64,000 nucleotides of DNA from the NCBI GenBank assembly GCA_963766735.1, contig CAVYBU010000003.1, positions 128,001 through 192,000 on the forward strand. Reading direction: 5' to 3'. The translations under genes and the position numbers were made by a program. The DNA is from an uncultured Chloroflexia bacterium. GTDB taxonomy: Bacteria > Chloroflexota > Limnocylindria > Limnocylindrales > CSP1-4. The notes beneath the pieces were generated by a model. The model was not told where the DNA came from, did no database searches, and saw only the letters and a program-made list of their open reading frames with translations. Of this stretch, positions 18,804 to 28,034 are shown piece after piece; position 1 is the stretch's first letter; the number at the start of each line of letters is the position of its first letter.

Positions 18804-18820
18804 ATGAGACAGAGTATCAT
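18804..18820. promoter_or_regulatory. Putative Fur/Zur-type operator over a leaderless promoter
   Basis: Imperfect palindrome ATGAGACA-G-AGTATCAT directly abutting the ATPase start codon; contains TACTCT (- strand) 7 nt before the ATG. Confidence 0.5.
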
Positions 18821-18990
18821 CTGGCGCAAGTTCAGCGCCAAGGTCGGCGGCAACGACAGCGGCAGGTACGGAGGCGGGCGGCCGTGGACACGGCACGACG
18901 CTCTTGGCCGATCCCGCCGATCTGCGCCACAATGCCTCGGCATCCCACCCGAGTACGACCCTTCCTCGAACACGAATTCGGAGGCACCCC

Positions 18991-19833
18991 CTGAGCGGCA
19001 AGCAGCCCACCACCCAGACCACGCGCCGGGAGCGTCGCGCCTCGGAGCGCCAGGACCGGTTCAGCAAGGATCGTGACGAGCGCCGCGGCCGGGCCCCCGG
19101 CGGCGAGGGCGCCGGTTCGTCGCTCATCAACACCCGGAACATGACCATCGCCGGCGTGATCGCCGGCGTGCTGATCGTCGTGGTCGTCGGCATCGGCCAG
19201 CTCGGCGGCAGGGTCACCGGGACTCTCCAGGATCCGGCAACGGCCTACCCGGCGGCGCTCCTCGACGGGACTGCGATCGGGAAGGCGGACGCGCCGGTCA
19301 CCATGGAGGTCTACGAGGACTACCAGTGCCCGTACTGCGGGCAGTACTCGCTGGACGTCGAGCCCGTGCTGGTCAGCCAGTACGTGACGCCGGGCACGCT
19401 GCGGATCGTGCACAACGACATCGGGATCCTCGGCCGTGGCGGGCCGGACGACGAGTCGGTCCTCACGGCACGTGGTGCCTTCTGCGCCAACGAGCAGGGC
19501 AAGTACTGGGACTACGCGCACTGGGTGTACGCCAACCAGGACGGCGAGAACGCCGGCGGCTTCCGCAGGGAGCGGTTGACGGCGATTGCCGAGGCCGCGG
19601 GCATCGAGCCGGTGGCCTTCTCGGCCTGCCTCGATGGCGCCGCCGCGACGGCTGCGGTCGACCAGGCGAACGCCGAAGCGACCGCCCTGGGAATCAACTC
19701 CACACCGACGATGTACGTCAACGGCAAGAGGATCGAGGTGTCCCTCGATCCCAGCGCGATCGGGGCGGAGATCGAAGCCGCTGCCGCTGCCGCGGCCGGC
19801 GTGCCTGACGCCTCGGCGAGCACGGTCCCCTGA
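18991..19833 (+). CDS. dsbA: Membrane-anchored DsbA-family thiol-disulfide oxidoreductase
   Basis: GKADAPVT...YEDYQCPYC, GINSTPT cis-Pro loop, one TM; GGAGG precedes an in-frame CTG at 18991 (ORF track start 18904). Confidence 0.88.
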   Translation: MSGKQPTTQTTRRERRASERQDRFSKDRDERRGRAPGGEGAGSSLINTRNMTIAGVIAGVLIVVVVGIGQLGGRVTGTLQDPATAYPAALLDGTAIGKADAPVTMEVYEDYQCPYCGQYSLDVEPVLVSQYVTPGTLRIVHNDIGILGRGGPDDESVLTARGAFCANEQGKYWDYAHWVYANQDGENAGGFRRERLTAIAEAAGIEPVAFSACLDGAAATAAVDQANAEATALGINSTPTMYVNGKRIEVSLDPSAIGAEIEAAAAAAAGVPDASASTVP

Positions 19834-20270
19834 CCGAGGCAACACCGGGGCAGGCTGTCCGCGGCCCGCTCGGCCTGCCCCTGATTGCGGTCGCCCTCTT
19901 CGGGCTCGCGGCCTCGGGCTATCTCGCGCTGGTGAGGCTTGCGGGGGAGACGGCAGTGTGCGGGCCGTCGAAGGGTTGCGAGACCGTCGCGGCCTCTGAG
20001 TACTCGGTGGTGCTCGGGGTGCCGGTCGCGTTCCTGGGCGTCCTGTTCTCCCTCGCCGTTCTTGCCTCTGCCATCGCCTGGTGGCGCCGCGCCGACCGAC
20101 GTGCCCTGCTGCTCGCCTATCTGCTGCTGCTCGTTGGGACGCTGGCCGTCGCCTACCTCACCTACCTCGAGCTGTTCGTCATCCACGCGATCTGCCTGTG
20201 GTGCGTCTCGTACGCGGTGGCGGTCGTGGGCTCGCTCGGCATCGCTGCGCTGGCGTTGCGTCGGAGCTGA
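19830..20270 (+). CDS. Vitamin K epoxide reductase (VKOR) family protein
   Basis: CGPSKGCETVAASEYS, GVPVAFLG, YLELFVIHAICLWC; the first TM lies upstream of the track's start (19932), and the frame is open back to CTG 19830 overlapping the dsbA stop. Confidence 0.9.
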   Translation: MTEATPGQAVRGPLGLPLIAVALFGLAASGYLALVRLAGETAVCGPSKGCETVAASEYSVVLGVPVAFLGVLFSLAVLASAIAWWRRADRRALLLAYLLLLVGTLAVAYLTYLELFVIHAICLWCVSYAVAVVGSLGIAALALRRS

Positions 20271-20435
20271 CCCGGGCCCTACAGGTCCGGGCCGGCCAGG
20301 GTGACCCGCCTGGTCGTTCCGGCCATGCAGTGCGACTGCCTCGCGCCGGTACCAGCGAGCCCGGACCATCGTCGGGGTGCTGGCGGGCCAGGTCCCGGAC
20401 TACGATGCCGGCACCGTTCGCGAACTGGAGTGGCA

Positions 20436-21290
20436 ATGGCGCTCGACGGCCTGCGGTCCGTCGTCAGGCGGATCGCCGAAACGCTCACCGCGACCCCTGC
20501 GATCGTGCCTCCGTGGGCCGACGCTGCATCGCCGGGTGATGCCGCGGCCTCCGCGGCCTCCGCGCCAACGTACGCCGATGGCACCGAGGTCAGGCCAGCC
20601 GGTGAAGACGCGCAATTCCCCTGCCCCACCTGCGCGCGCCCACTCGGCCGGGGCACCGGCCGTTGCGACGGGTGCGGGACCAGGCTGGTCCTGGAGGTCC
20701 CGATGGCGCGGGCATCCATCCTGGCGGGCGCCGGGCTCGTGGTGGGCCTGCTCGTCGGCGGCCTGGGGATGGCGCTGCTCCTGCCGCGGGATAGCTCTCT
20801 GCCGGCCGTGTCTGCGGCGTCCGGTGGACCGGGTTCGACCGGCGCCGCAGCGATCGGCGTGACGGTGCCGGCGTCCGCCGGGGCGGCCCTCCGCGGTACG
20901 ACGGCACTCAATGGCAGGCTTGCAGCCGAGGCCGAGCCACTGGCCCGGGCCGTGGCGGCCAAACCGTTTCACACGTCGGATGTCATCCGGGTTCTGAGGC
21001 GCATGGGCAACGACGTCCGTGCCGCGTCAAGGATGGTCGCCGCGCTGGGGGCGTGGTCGCAGGCCGCCGGGCAGCAGGCCGCACTCTCGGCGTTCTACGC
21101 TGAGCTCGGCGAGGAGATCGAAGGCGCCCTCGCCGCCTCGGTGAACAGCAAGGGCGCGTACAAGGCCGCGGCGAAGAAGGTGATCGCCACGCTGGCCGAT
21201 GTGCCAGGACTCGACCTGGACGCGCGCGTCCTTGCCGACGCCGCCGGGTTGGCGCTGCCGGTCGTCACGATCCCGGAGGCGCTGCGCTGA
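20436..21290 (+). CDS. Hypothetical zinc-ribbon + single-TM protein
   Basis: CPTC...CDGC, then a TM helix and a helical C-terminal domain; GGAG before ATG 20436. Confidence 0.65.
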   Translation: MALDGLRSVVRRIAETLTATPAIVPPWADAASPGDAAASAASAPTYADGTEVRPAGEDAQFPCPTCARPLGRGTGRCDGCGTRLVLEVPMARASILAGAGLVVGLLVGGLGMALLLPRDSSLPAVSAASGGPGSTGAAAIGVTVPASAGAALRGTTALNGRLAAEAEPLARAVAAKPFHTSDVIRVLRRMGNDVRAASRMVAALGAWSQAAGQQAALSAFYAELGEEIEGALAASVNSKGAYKAAAKKVIATLADVPGLDLDARVLADAAGLALPVVTIPEALR

Positions 21291-21291
21291 C

Positions 21292-22467
21292 CTACGGGCC
21301 CGCGGCGTACCCGGTCAACTCCACGTAGGCCTCGCCTCCGAGGGTCCTGCCGGCCCGGGTCGCGGATGTCAGCTGGGAACCTTCCCAGTAGACGACACCG
21401 GTCGTCGCGCGGGTATCCAGCTCCTGTTGCGCGACGGACGGCTCCAGGCGGATGACCAGGTCCTCGCTCGGGAGGGTCACGGTCCAGCCGGCGGGCCACG
21501 TCGTGCCGGTGGTCGGGCTTGCCCAGTCGCCCACCACCTCCACCGCGACATCGGTGCCGCCCAGGTGCCGGGTCACGCCCACCTCGTCGACCAGGGTCCC
21601 ATACACCAGCGGGTACGACCCGTCTGCCGCCCGCACCAGCGAGATCGTGATATCCGTGCCGTCGTCGAGGTTGATCGCGAACCAGTCCCATCCGCCCGCG
21701 CCCACCGAGATGAAGTCGCCCCACTGGTGGTCGAACCAGGCACTTCCGTCCACGGCCAGCCTCCGATCCCCAACGCTGATCGTCCCCGTGGCGGTCATGG
21801 CCGTCCGGGAGTAGTAGTAGGAGCCCCCGGCGGCGCCGAAGTCGACGTAGCCGTCGCGGTCGTGGAGGGCCGGTGGCTTGGTGGCAGTCACGTCCAGCAC
21901 CACGCCGAAGCCGCCGGACGGATCGCCCTCTGCCTCGGTCGCGGTCGCGGTGGCTTCAAGGCGGTCCGCGCCGTCCGCGCCGGTCATCGCCCAGGGGGTC
22001 CGGGTGAAGGTCGCCGGATCCGACGGGTCCAGACCCCGGACGCCGAGAGAGAACCCGGGCGCACCGGGCGCCGCCATGTTGACCTGCGGCCCGATATCTG
22101 CCCGTTCGGCGTAGTGAAACCGCCCTCCGGTCTCGTCCGTGAGCGCCAGGTGCGAGGCCCAGGTCACCGGGAAGCTGCCACGTTCGGCGCGGAAGACGAC
22201 GAACTCGAAGCCCCAGCGACCGCCAGTCTCGTCGCGCAGGTGGCCCGTGTAGTACCACCATTCCGTGAGCCGGTCGTGGGGGGCGTCGTCGGCGGGGAGG
22301 GTGACCGGCTGAGGGTCTGCCGGGCGCGAGCTGGTCTCCGGCGCCGGCGTGACCTCCGGGCGGGCGACCGGCGGGTTGGCGAGGACGGGACCGCTACACG
22401 CCGCCAGGGCTGTGGCGAGGAGCACGAGCCCTGCGAGGGCTCCGTTGAGGCGCGATCGGGTGCTCAT
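21292..22467 (-). CDS. AttH/CrtC-like lipocalin-fold lipoprotein
   Basis: Lipobox LAAC, DDAPHDRLTEWWYYTGHL, SYYYSRT, WFDHQWG, GWDWF, YWEG, YVELTGY; ATGA overlap with MMPL. Confidence 0.85.
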   Translation of the reverse strand: MSTRSRLNGALAGLVLLATALAACSGPVLANPPVARPEVTPAPETSSRPADPQPVTLPADDAPHDRLTEWWYYTGHLRDETGGRWGFEFVVFRAERGSFPVTWASHLALTDETGGRFHYAERADIGPQVNMAAPGAPGFSLGVRGLDPSDPATFTRTPWAMTGADGADRLEATATATEAEGDPSGGFGVVLDVTATKPPALHDRDGYVDFGAAGGSYYYSRTAMTATGTISVGDRRLAVDGSAWFDHQWGDFISVGAGGWDWFAINLDDGTDITISLVRAADGSYPLVYGTLVDEVGVTRHLGGTDVAVEVVGDWASPTTGTTWPAGWTVTLPSEDLVIRLEPSVAQQELDTRATTGVVYWEGSQLTSATRAGRTLGGEAYVELTGYAAGP

Positions 22468-24731
22468 CGGACCGCTGCCTCCACTTCCGCCTCGGTCTGC
22501 GGCAGAATGCCCCGGAGCGCCCGGTCCAGCCGCACCGGGACCCACCAGTTCCAGCGGCCGAGGAGGCGCATCGTCGCGGGCACAAGCAGCGCCCGGACCA
22601 CGGTCGCGTCGAGCGCCACCGCGATCGCCACGCCAAGGCCCAGCGCCTTGATCAGGACGATGTCCGCGAACGCGAAGCTGCCCGCTACCACCACCACGAC
22701 CAGCGCCGCGGAGCTCACGATCCGTCCGCTCCGCTCCAGGCCGCGTGCCACCGCCTCGGTGTTGTCGCCGGTCCGGTCCCAGACCTCCTTCATTCTCGAC
22801 AACAGGAAGACCTCGTAGTCCATCGACAGCCCGAACAGGACGCAGAACAGGATCACGGGCTGGGTGGTCTCCACGAACCCCAGCGGCTGGAACCCGAGCG
22901 GGGCGGACAGGTTGCCGTCCTGGAAGATCCAGACGAGCGCGCCGAAGCTGGCCACGATCGACAGGGTGTTCATGACCAGCGCCTTGACCGGGAGGACGAC
23001 GGACCGGAGCAGGACGAACAGGACGAGGAACGTGCTGACGATGATGAACGCGGCCGTGCGCGGGAAGTCCGACCACACGCGCGAGACGACGTCGTCCACG
23101 TCCGCGGCGCCGCCGCCCACCTGCACAGAGAAGCCCGTGGGGGGCGCCAGGGGTCCGGCCGGATCACGCAGCTCGCGGACGAGCGCCCGACCCTCGTCCC
23201 GATTGGGCCCGTAGGGCGTGGTGACGGTGAACGCCGTCAGGTCGCCCTTCGTGGTGGCCGCCAGGGACTCGGCCACGAAGCGGTCCGGCGGACCGCCCTC
23301 GCCGCCGTAGAGCAGCCGGTACTGGTCCAGGGTGAGGCGCGGATCAACGTCCACGAGGCTTGACACGCGGCTCACGCGCGGATCCGCCGCCAGGCGCCGG
23401 GAGTAGTCGTAGAGCTTCGCCACGTTCTCCGGCGCGGTTGCATCGCCGCTGGTGCGCACGGCCAGGACGATGGGGGCGAAGTCGCCCTCGCCGAACTCGC
23501 GGGCGAGGATGTCGTACGTCTCGCGGGACGGCACCGACGACGGGAGGATCGTGGCATCCGGGGCGTTGAAACGCACCTGGAGGAACGGGACGCCAAGCAG
23601 GAGCAGCAGCGAGAGGGTCGGCACCAGGACGGCCACCGGATGGCGCATCACGCGCCGGGCGAGCCGTGCCCACGGGCCATCGGCGCCGGGCTCCACGGTG
23701 ACTCCCCGGACTGCGAGGGCATCGATCCGCGTCCCGACGATCGCCAGGATCGCCGGCAGCAGCGTGAGGGCCGAGGCGACCGCCAGGCCGACGACGATCG
23801 CCCCCGCGATGCCGACCGAGCGCAGGATCATGAACTCGAACAGGACGAGGCCCAGCAGGCCGAGGAGCACCGTCAGGCCGGAGAAGAACACGGCCCGGCC
23901 GGCGGTCGCGACGGTGATGCGGACCGCCTCCGCGACGCGGTCCGGTCCCTCGCGATGGGCCAGCTCCTCGCGGAACCGGCTCGTCATGAGCAGCGAGTAG
24001 TCCACGCCCAGGCCCAGCCCGAGGAGCGTGGCCAGGTTGAGCACGAAGATGCTCATTGGAACGAACGAGGCGACGACGAAGATCCCGGCCAGCGCGACGA
24101 GGACGGCCGCGCCCCCGACGGCGAGCGGAATGCCGGCAGCGATGAGGCTTCCGAAGACGAGGAGCAGGACGAGCGCGGCCAGGGGGAACGAGATGAGCTC
24201 GGAGCGCTGGAGGTCCCGCTCCGTCACGGCTTGCACGTCGCCGTAGAACGCCGGGCCGCCACCGATGCGGACCGTCAGCCCGGGCACATCCCGGATGGCG
24301 GCGGCGACCGGGGGGATCGCGTCCGGGGAATCGTCCGGGGCGAGGTCCAGGAAGACGATGTCGTAGGCGGTGTGTCCGTCGGCCGAGACCTGGCGCGGGG
24401 CGAGGACGTGCGAGAGGACACGCGTGACATGTGGGGCGCTGGCGACATCCTTCGTGGCCTGAGACACGGCAGTGAGCCAGGCAGGGGTGCCGGCCTTGAG
24501 GTTGTCCGAGGTGTAGACGAGGACGAAGGCCGATGGCTCCAGGCCCAGCTCCTCCTGGAGGACCTGCTTGGCGCGGGCGGACTCCAGGTCATCCAGGATG
24601 AAGCCGCCCGCAGACAACGCCCCGGGCGCCTGCGGCGCGAACGGGAGCGCAACGAGGATGAGGACGGCCCATGCGGCGACGATCCACCAGCGGCGGCGGA
24701 CCGTGAACCGACCGAGACGATCGAAGCTCAT
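22464..24731 (-). CDS. MMPL family RND-type transporter
   Basis: GLGVDYSLLMTSRFREE, TAGRAVFFSG, FGLSMDYEVFLLSR, LDATVVR...LLGRWNWW. Confidence 0.95.
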   Translation of the reverse strand: MSFDRLGRFTVRRRWWIVAAWAVLILVALPFAPQAPGALSAGGFILDDLESARAKQVLQEELGLEPSAFVLVYTSDNLKAGTPAWLTAVSQATKDVASAPHVTRVLSHVLAPRQVSADGHTAYDIVFLDLAPDDSPDAIPPVAAAIRDVPGLTVRIGGGPAFYGDVQAVTERDLQRSELISFPLAALVLLLVFGSLIAAGIPLAVGGAAVLVALAGIFVVASFVPMSIFVLNLATLLGLGLGVDYSLLMTSRFREELAHREGPDRVAEAVRITVATAGRAVFFSGLTVLLGLLGLVLFEFMILRSVGIAGAIVVGLAVASALTLLPAILAIVGTRIDALAVRGVTVEPGADGPWARLARRVMRHPVAVLVPTLSLLLLLGVPFLQVRFNAPDATILPSSVPSRETYDILAREFGEGDFAPIVLAVRTSGDATAPENVAKLYDYSRRLAADPRVSRVSSLVDVDPRLTLDQYRLLYGGEGGPPDRFVAESLAATTKGDLTAFTVTTPYGPNRDEGRALVRELRDPAGPLAPPTGFSVQVGGGAADVDDVVSRVWSDFPRTAAFIIVSTFLVLFVLLRSVVLPVKALVMNTLSIVASFGALVWIFQDGNLSAPLGFQPLGFVETTQPVILFCVLFGLSMDYEVFLLSRMKEVWDRTGDNTEAVARGLERSGRIVSSAALVVVVVAGSFAFADIVLIKALGLGVAIAVALDATVVRALLVPATMRLLGRWNWWVPVRLDRALRGILPQTEAEVEAAVR

Positions 24732-24953
24732 GCAGGAACGGGTTCGCCGGGGGGCCGGGTGCGAACAGGGGCCGGGAGCAACATGCAAGTCACAAGTAGC
24801 ATGTTATCCGGGATCGGCACAGCGACTGTTCCGGACGCTCTGCCCGGGCACACGGCATGTTTCATCCGGGTGCGTCATTCTGCTAGCATCGTCCGGCCGC
24901 GCTGGAGCGCGGGTGTCAGTCGCCCAACTCCGCCTGTCCGAGGATCTCCCAAC

Positions 24954-25289
24954 GTGACGATCTTCACGATCTGGTTCCAGGACTTCCCGAACAACTTCGT
25001 GATCCTCCTCCTCGCAACGGCGATGGCCGGAGGGTTCGTGTACACGTTCGCGCGCTCGGCGATGGTTGCCGAGGGAGGCCGCCAGACCTGGGCCCGCAAG
25101 ATCACCGGCCCCAATTCCAGGCTCCTGTTCGCGACGTTGTTCGTGGTCTGGGCCATCGTGTTCGGGATCACGTTGCAGCTCGTCCCGCACGAGGGCGCGA
25201 ACTCGCCCTACGGCGGCATCGGGCTCATCGCGATGTTCAGCGGGTTCTTCATCATGATGGGCCTGATCTGGAGCGTGATCGGCGACTAG
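24954..25289 (+). CDS. Small 3-TM hypothetical membrane protein
   Basis: GTG start with GAGGA; strong coding-like codon bias; three hydrophobic segments (C-terminal part of ORF 23640-25289). Confidence 0.7.
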   Translation: MTIFTIWFQDFPNNFVILLLATAMAGGFVYTFARSAMVAEGGRQTWARKITGPNSRLLFATLFVVWAIVFGITLQLVPHEGANSPYGGIGLIAMFSGFFIMMGLIWSVIGD

Positions 25290-25313
25290 CCCCCGCCTTT
25301 CGACTGACTGCCC

Positions 25314-25339
25314 AGGAGCCCGGCTCTCGCCGGGCTTCT
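25314..25339 (+). terminator. Hairpin after small membrane protein gene
   Basis: AGGAGCCCGGC-TCTC-GCCGGGCTTCT. Confidence 0.5.
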
Positions 25340-25460
25340 CGATTCCCGGGTCCCGTCCCACCCAATCGTGGACGCGGGCACGGCGCGACGCCCGATCGTC
25401 AGCGCGGATGGGTTGGTCGTCCTGCGCTGGCCCGCCACCGGATGCCCGGCCCCGAAATGT

Positions 25461-25491
25461 CGAACCCGGCCGGGTCGTCCGGCCGGGTTCG
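25461..25491 (-). terminator. Hairpin after lipoprotein gene
   Basis: CGAACCCGGCCGG-GTCGT-CCGGCCGGGTTCG, perfect 13-bp stem. Confidence 0.55.
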
Positions 25492-25527
25492 TGATGTCTC
25501 CGCGGCCGGCAAGTCCGGCCCGTCAGG

Positions 25528-26178
25528 TCAGGGGAGCTGCTCGAAGATCGCGGTCGCGACCTCCTGGTCCGCGAGCAGCACCATGTACAGCACGTCGTCC
25601 TTGGGATAGGCGAAGATGCCGAAGCCGCCCGCCGCCTCGCCGTAGACGGTCTTGCCGCCGAGCGTGATCTCGGGCATGGAGCTCGTGTCCGCGTTCATGC
25701 TGTTGGCGAACTCGTCCGCCGGGACTCCCTCGACCTGGAGGGCGAAGATCATGGCCGTCGCACCGGTCGAGGTGGGCGAGGCGATCGCGAAGTTGACGTC
25801 GTTGAACGTCTTGCCGTTGGCTTTCAGGATCGGGTCGAGCTCATCGCTGTTGAAACCCGCCGCCGCCCCGAAGATGCCCAGCTGGTCGCCGTTGTAGCCG
25901 GCACGGTCGAACGTCACGCCTCCGGCCGACTCCGGGAGCTTGGAGGCGAGGTCGTTGAGGGAGCCGGTGCTGCCACCGTCGTCGGTGGCATCTTCCGTTG
26001 CCGCGGGAGTGTCCGTCGCCGCCGGCGTGGCGGCGGGCTCGGCGGGCTCGGCGGTGGGGGCGTCCGTGGCGGCAGCGGTGCCGGCCGGCGCCGTTGTTGC
26101 AGTGGAGGTGCCGCCGCAGGCGGCGAGCACCAGGGTGAGGCCGAGGGCGCCCGCGATCAGGCGTCGGTCAATCGTCAT
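25528..26178 (-). CDS. Hypothetical lipoprotein with Thr/Ala/Pro linker
   Basis: MTIDRRLIAGALGLTLVLAAC lipobox, TAP-rich tether, globular C-terminus. Confidence 0.75.
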   Translation of the reverse strand: MTIDRRLIAGALGLTLVLAACGGTSTATTAPAGTAAATDAPTAEPAEPAATPAATDTPAATEDATDDGGSTGSLNDLASKLPESAGGVTFDRAGYNGDQLGIFGAAAGFNSDELDPILKANGKTFNDVNFAIASPTSTGATAMIFALQVEGVPADEFANSMNADTSSMPEITLGGKTVYGEAAGGFGIFAYPKDDVLYMVLLADQEVATAIFEQLP

Positions 26179-26345
26179 CGGATTGGTTCCCAGTACGCCG
26201 AGGGACACGGGCGCCGCGCGGACCCCCGGCTCCGAGGCGGCGGGCGCACTGTACGAAGCGCGGGCGGCCCGGTCAACCCCCCAGATTGCCGGAGCACCGG
26301 GGACTCACGGTGTCGGCATCCGTAGACGGTCCCGGGTGCCTCCGC

Positions 26346-26387
26346 TATGATCAAACCTCATACAGGATGCATAGGATTTATGCGTCC
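26346..26387 (+). promoter_or_regulatory. kamA promoter region with two inverted repeats
   Basis: AT-rich island: -10 TATGAT inside TATGA-N7-TCATA, followed by GGATGCATA-GGATT-TATGCGTCC. Confidence 0.45.
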
Positions 26388-26437
26388 GAGCGGTGGCGGG
26401 ACGCCCGCCGGGAAACGGGCATCGGGAGGTTCGGCTG

Positions 26438-27931
26438 GTGGATTCACAGGTGCAGGCGCAGGGTTCGGGCAGCGTGACGGCAGTGGAGGCGGCTCCCTTC
26501 GTGAACCTGCGTGATCCCGCCCAGCGCCTCGGACCCGACGGGAAGCCGGCCGTCAGCCGACGTGCTCCCATCTGGGAGGACGTCCCGGACGAGAAGTGGA
26601 ACGACTGGCGCTGGCAGCTGTCCAACCGGGTCAACGACCTCGCGGACATCGAGAAGATCCTGGAGCTGACCGACGAGGAGCGCGAGGGCCTCTCCGCCCC
26701 CGACAAGTTCCGCGTGGACGTCACCCCGTACTTCATCAGCCTGATCGATCCGAAGGATCCCGAGGACCCGATCCGCCGCCAGATCATCCCGCTCGGCCGC
26801 GAGCTGCGGGCCTTCACCGGGATGATGGAGGACAGCCTGGCCGAAGACCGCCACTCGCCGGTGCCGGGACTGGTCCATCGGTACCCCGACCGCGTCCTGA
26901 TGCTCATCACCACGCAGTGCGCGGTCTACTGCCGCTACTGCACCCGGAGCCGGATCGTCGGCGACGCGACCCAGAACTTCAACCGCAAGGAGCACGAGGC
27001 CCAGCTCGACTACATCCGGCGGACCCCCCAGATCCGCGACGTGCTGATCTCGGGCGGCGACGGCCTGACGCTGGCGCCGAAGCTGCTTGAATTGGCGCTC
27101 CGCAGCCTGCGCGAGATCCCTCACGTGGAGGTCATCCGGATCGGCTCGCGCGTGCCGGTGTTCCTGCCCCAGCGGATCGACGACGAGCTGTGCGAGATGC
27201 TCGCCAAGTACCACCCGCTGTGGCTGAACATCCACGTCAACCACCCCAACGAGATCACGCCGGAGCTGGCACGCGCCTGCGACAAGCTGAGCCGCGCCGG
27301 CGTACCGCTGGGCAACCAGTCCGTGCTCCTGGCCGGCATCAACGACTGCGTTCACACCCAGCGCGAGCTCGTCCAGCGGCTCGTCGAGAACCGGGTCCGC
27401 CCCTACTACCTCTACCAGTGCGACCTGGTCGAGGGTGCCGGGCACTTCCGGACGCCGGTGGGCAAGGGCCTCGAGATCATCGAGGGCCTCCGGGGGCACA
27501 CCTCCGGCTATGCGGTTCCGCAGTACATCGTGGACGCTCCCGGTGGCGGCGGGAAGATCCCCGTCATGCCGAACTACGTCGTGTCCTACTCGGACCACAA
27601 GGTGATCGTCCGTAACTACGAGGGCTACATCACCACGTACGAGGAGCCCGCCGAGTACACGCCCCACGACTCGTCGAAGTGCCACTACTGCCAGAACCCT
27701 CGGCCGGAGCCCGGCCAGGAGGGCATCACGGGGCTGCTGGACGGCAAGAAGATGTGGATCGAGCCTGCGGGCTTCGGCCAGGTGCACGAGCGCGGCAACG
27801 TCGAGGCCCATCGCCTCAGCGACCCGTCGAAGTGGGTGCCGTACGGCGTCGGAGCGATCGAGGGGCAGTCGGCCGAGGGTGGCGCGCGCGCGTTGCCGGT
27901 CCTGGAGTCGGGGCCGGACACGGCCGAGTAG
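26438..27931 (+). CDS. kamA: Lysine 2,3-aminomutase family radical SAM enzyme
   Basis: WNDWRWQ, HRYPDR, CAVYCRYCTRSR (CxxxCxxC), SGGD, GNQSVLL, PYYLYQCD, GHTSGYA, DAPGGGGKIP (PLP Lys); GGGAGG before GTG 26438. Confidence 0.93.
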   Translation: MDSQVQAQGSGSVTAVEAAPFVNLRDPAQRLGPDGKPAVSRRAPIWEDVPDEKWNDWRWQLSNRVNDLADIEKILELTDEEREGLSAPDKFRVDVTPYFISLIDPKDPEDPIRRQIIPLGRELRAFTGMMEDSLAEDRHSPVPGLVHRYPDRVLMLITTQCAVYCRYCTRSRIVGDATQNFNRKEHEAQLDYIRRTPQIRDVLISGGDGLTLAPKLLELALRSLREIPHVEVIRIGSRVPVFLPQRIDDELCEMLAKYHPLWLNIHVNHPNEITPELARACDKLSRAGVPLGNQSVLLAGINDCVHTQRELVQRLVENRVRPYYLYQCDLVEGAGHFRTPVGKGLEIIEGLRGHTSGYAVPQYIVDAPGGGGKIPVMPNYVVSYSDHKVIVRNYEGYITTYEEPAEYTPHDSSKCHYCQNPRPEPGQEGITGLLDGKKMWIEPAGFGQVHERGNVEAHRLSDPSKWVPYGVGAIEGQSAEGGARALPVLESGPDTAE

Positions 27932-28034
27932 TGGGCGGGCGGCTCCGGCCGCAGGGGCCCGCGTCTTCGATCCTGATCCCGGCTGGGATGTAACGTCCCG
28001 GGGCTTCCCGCGTCATCCGTGCGGGAGGTGCATC

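Noticed and set aside
26340-26437. Lysine riboswitch upstream of kamA
   Set aside because: The leader is too short and lacks the L-box architecture.
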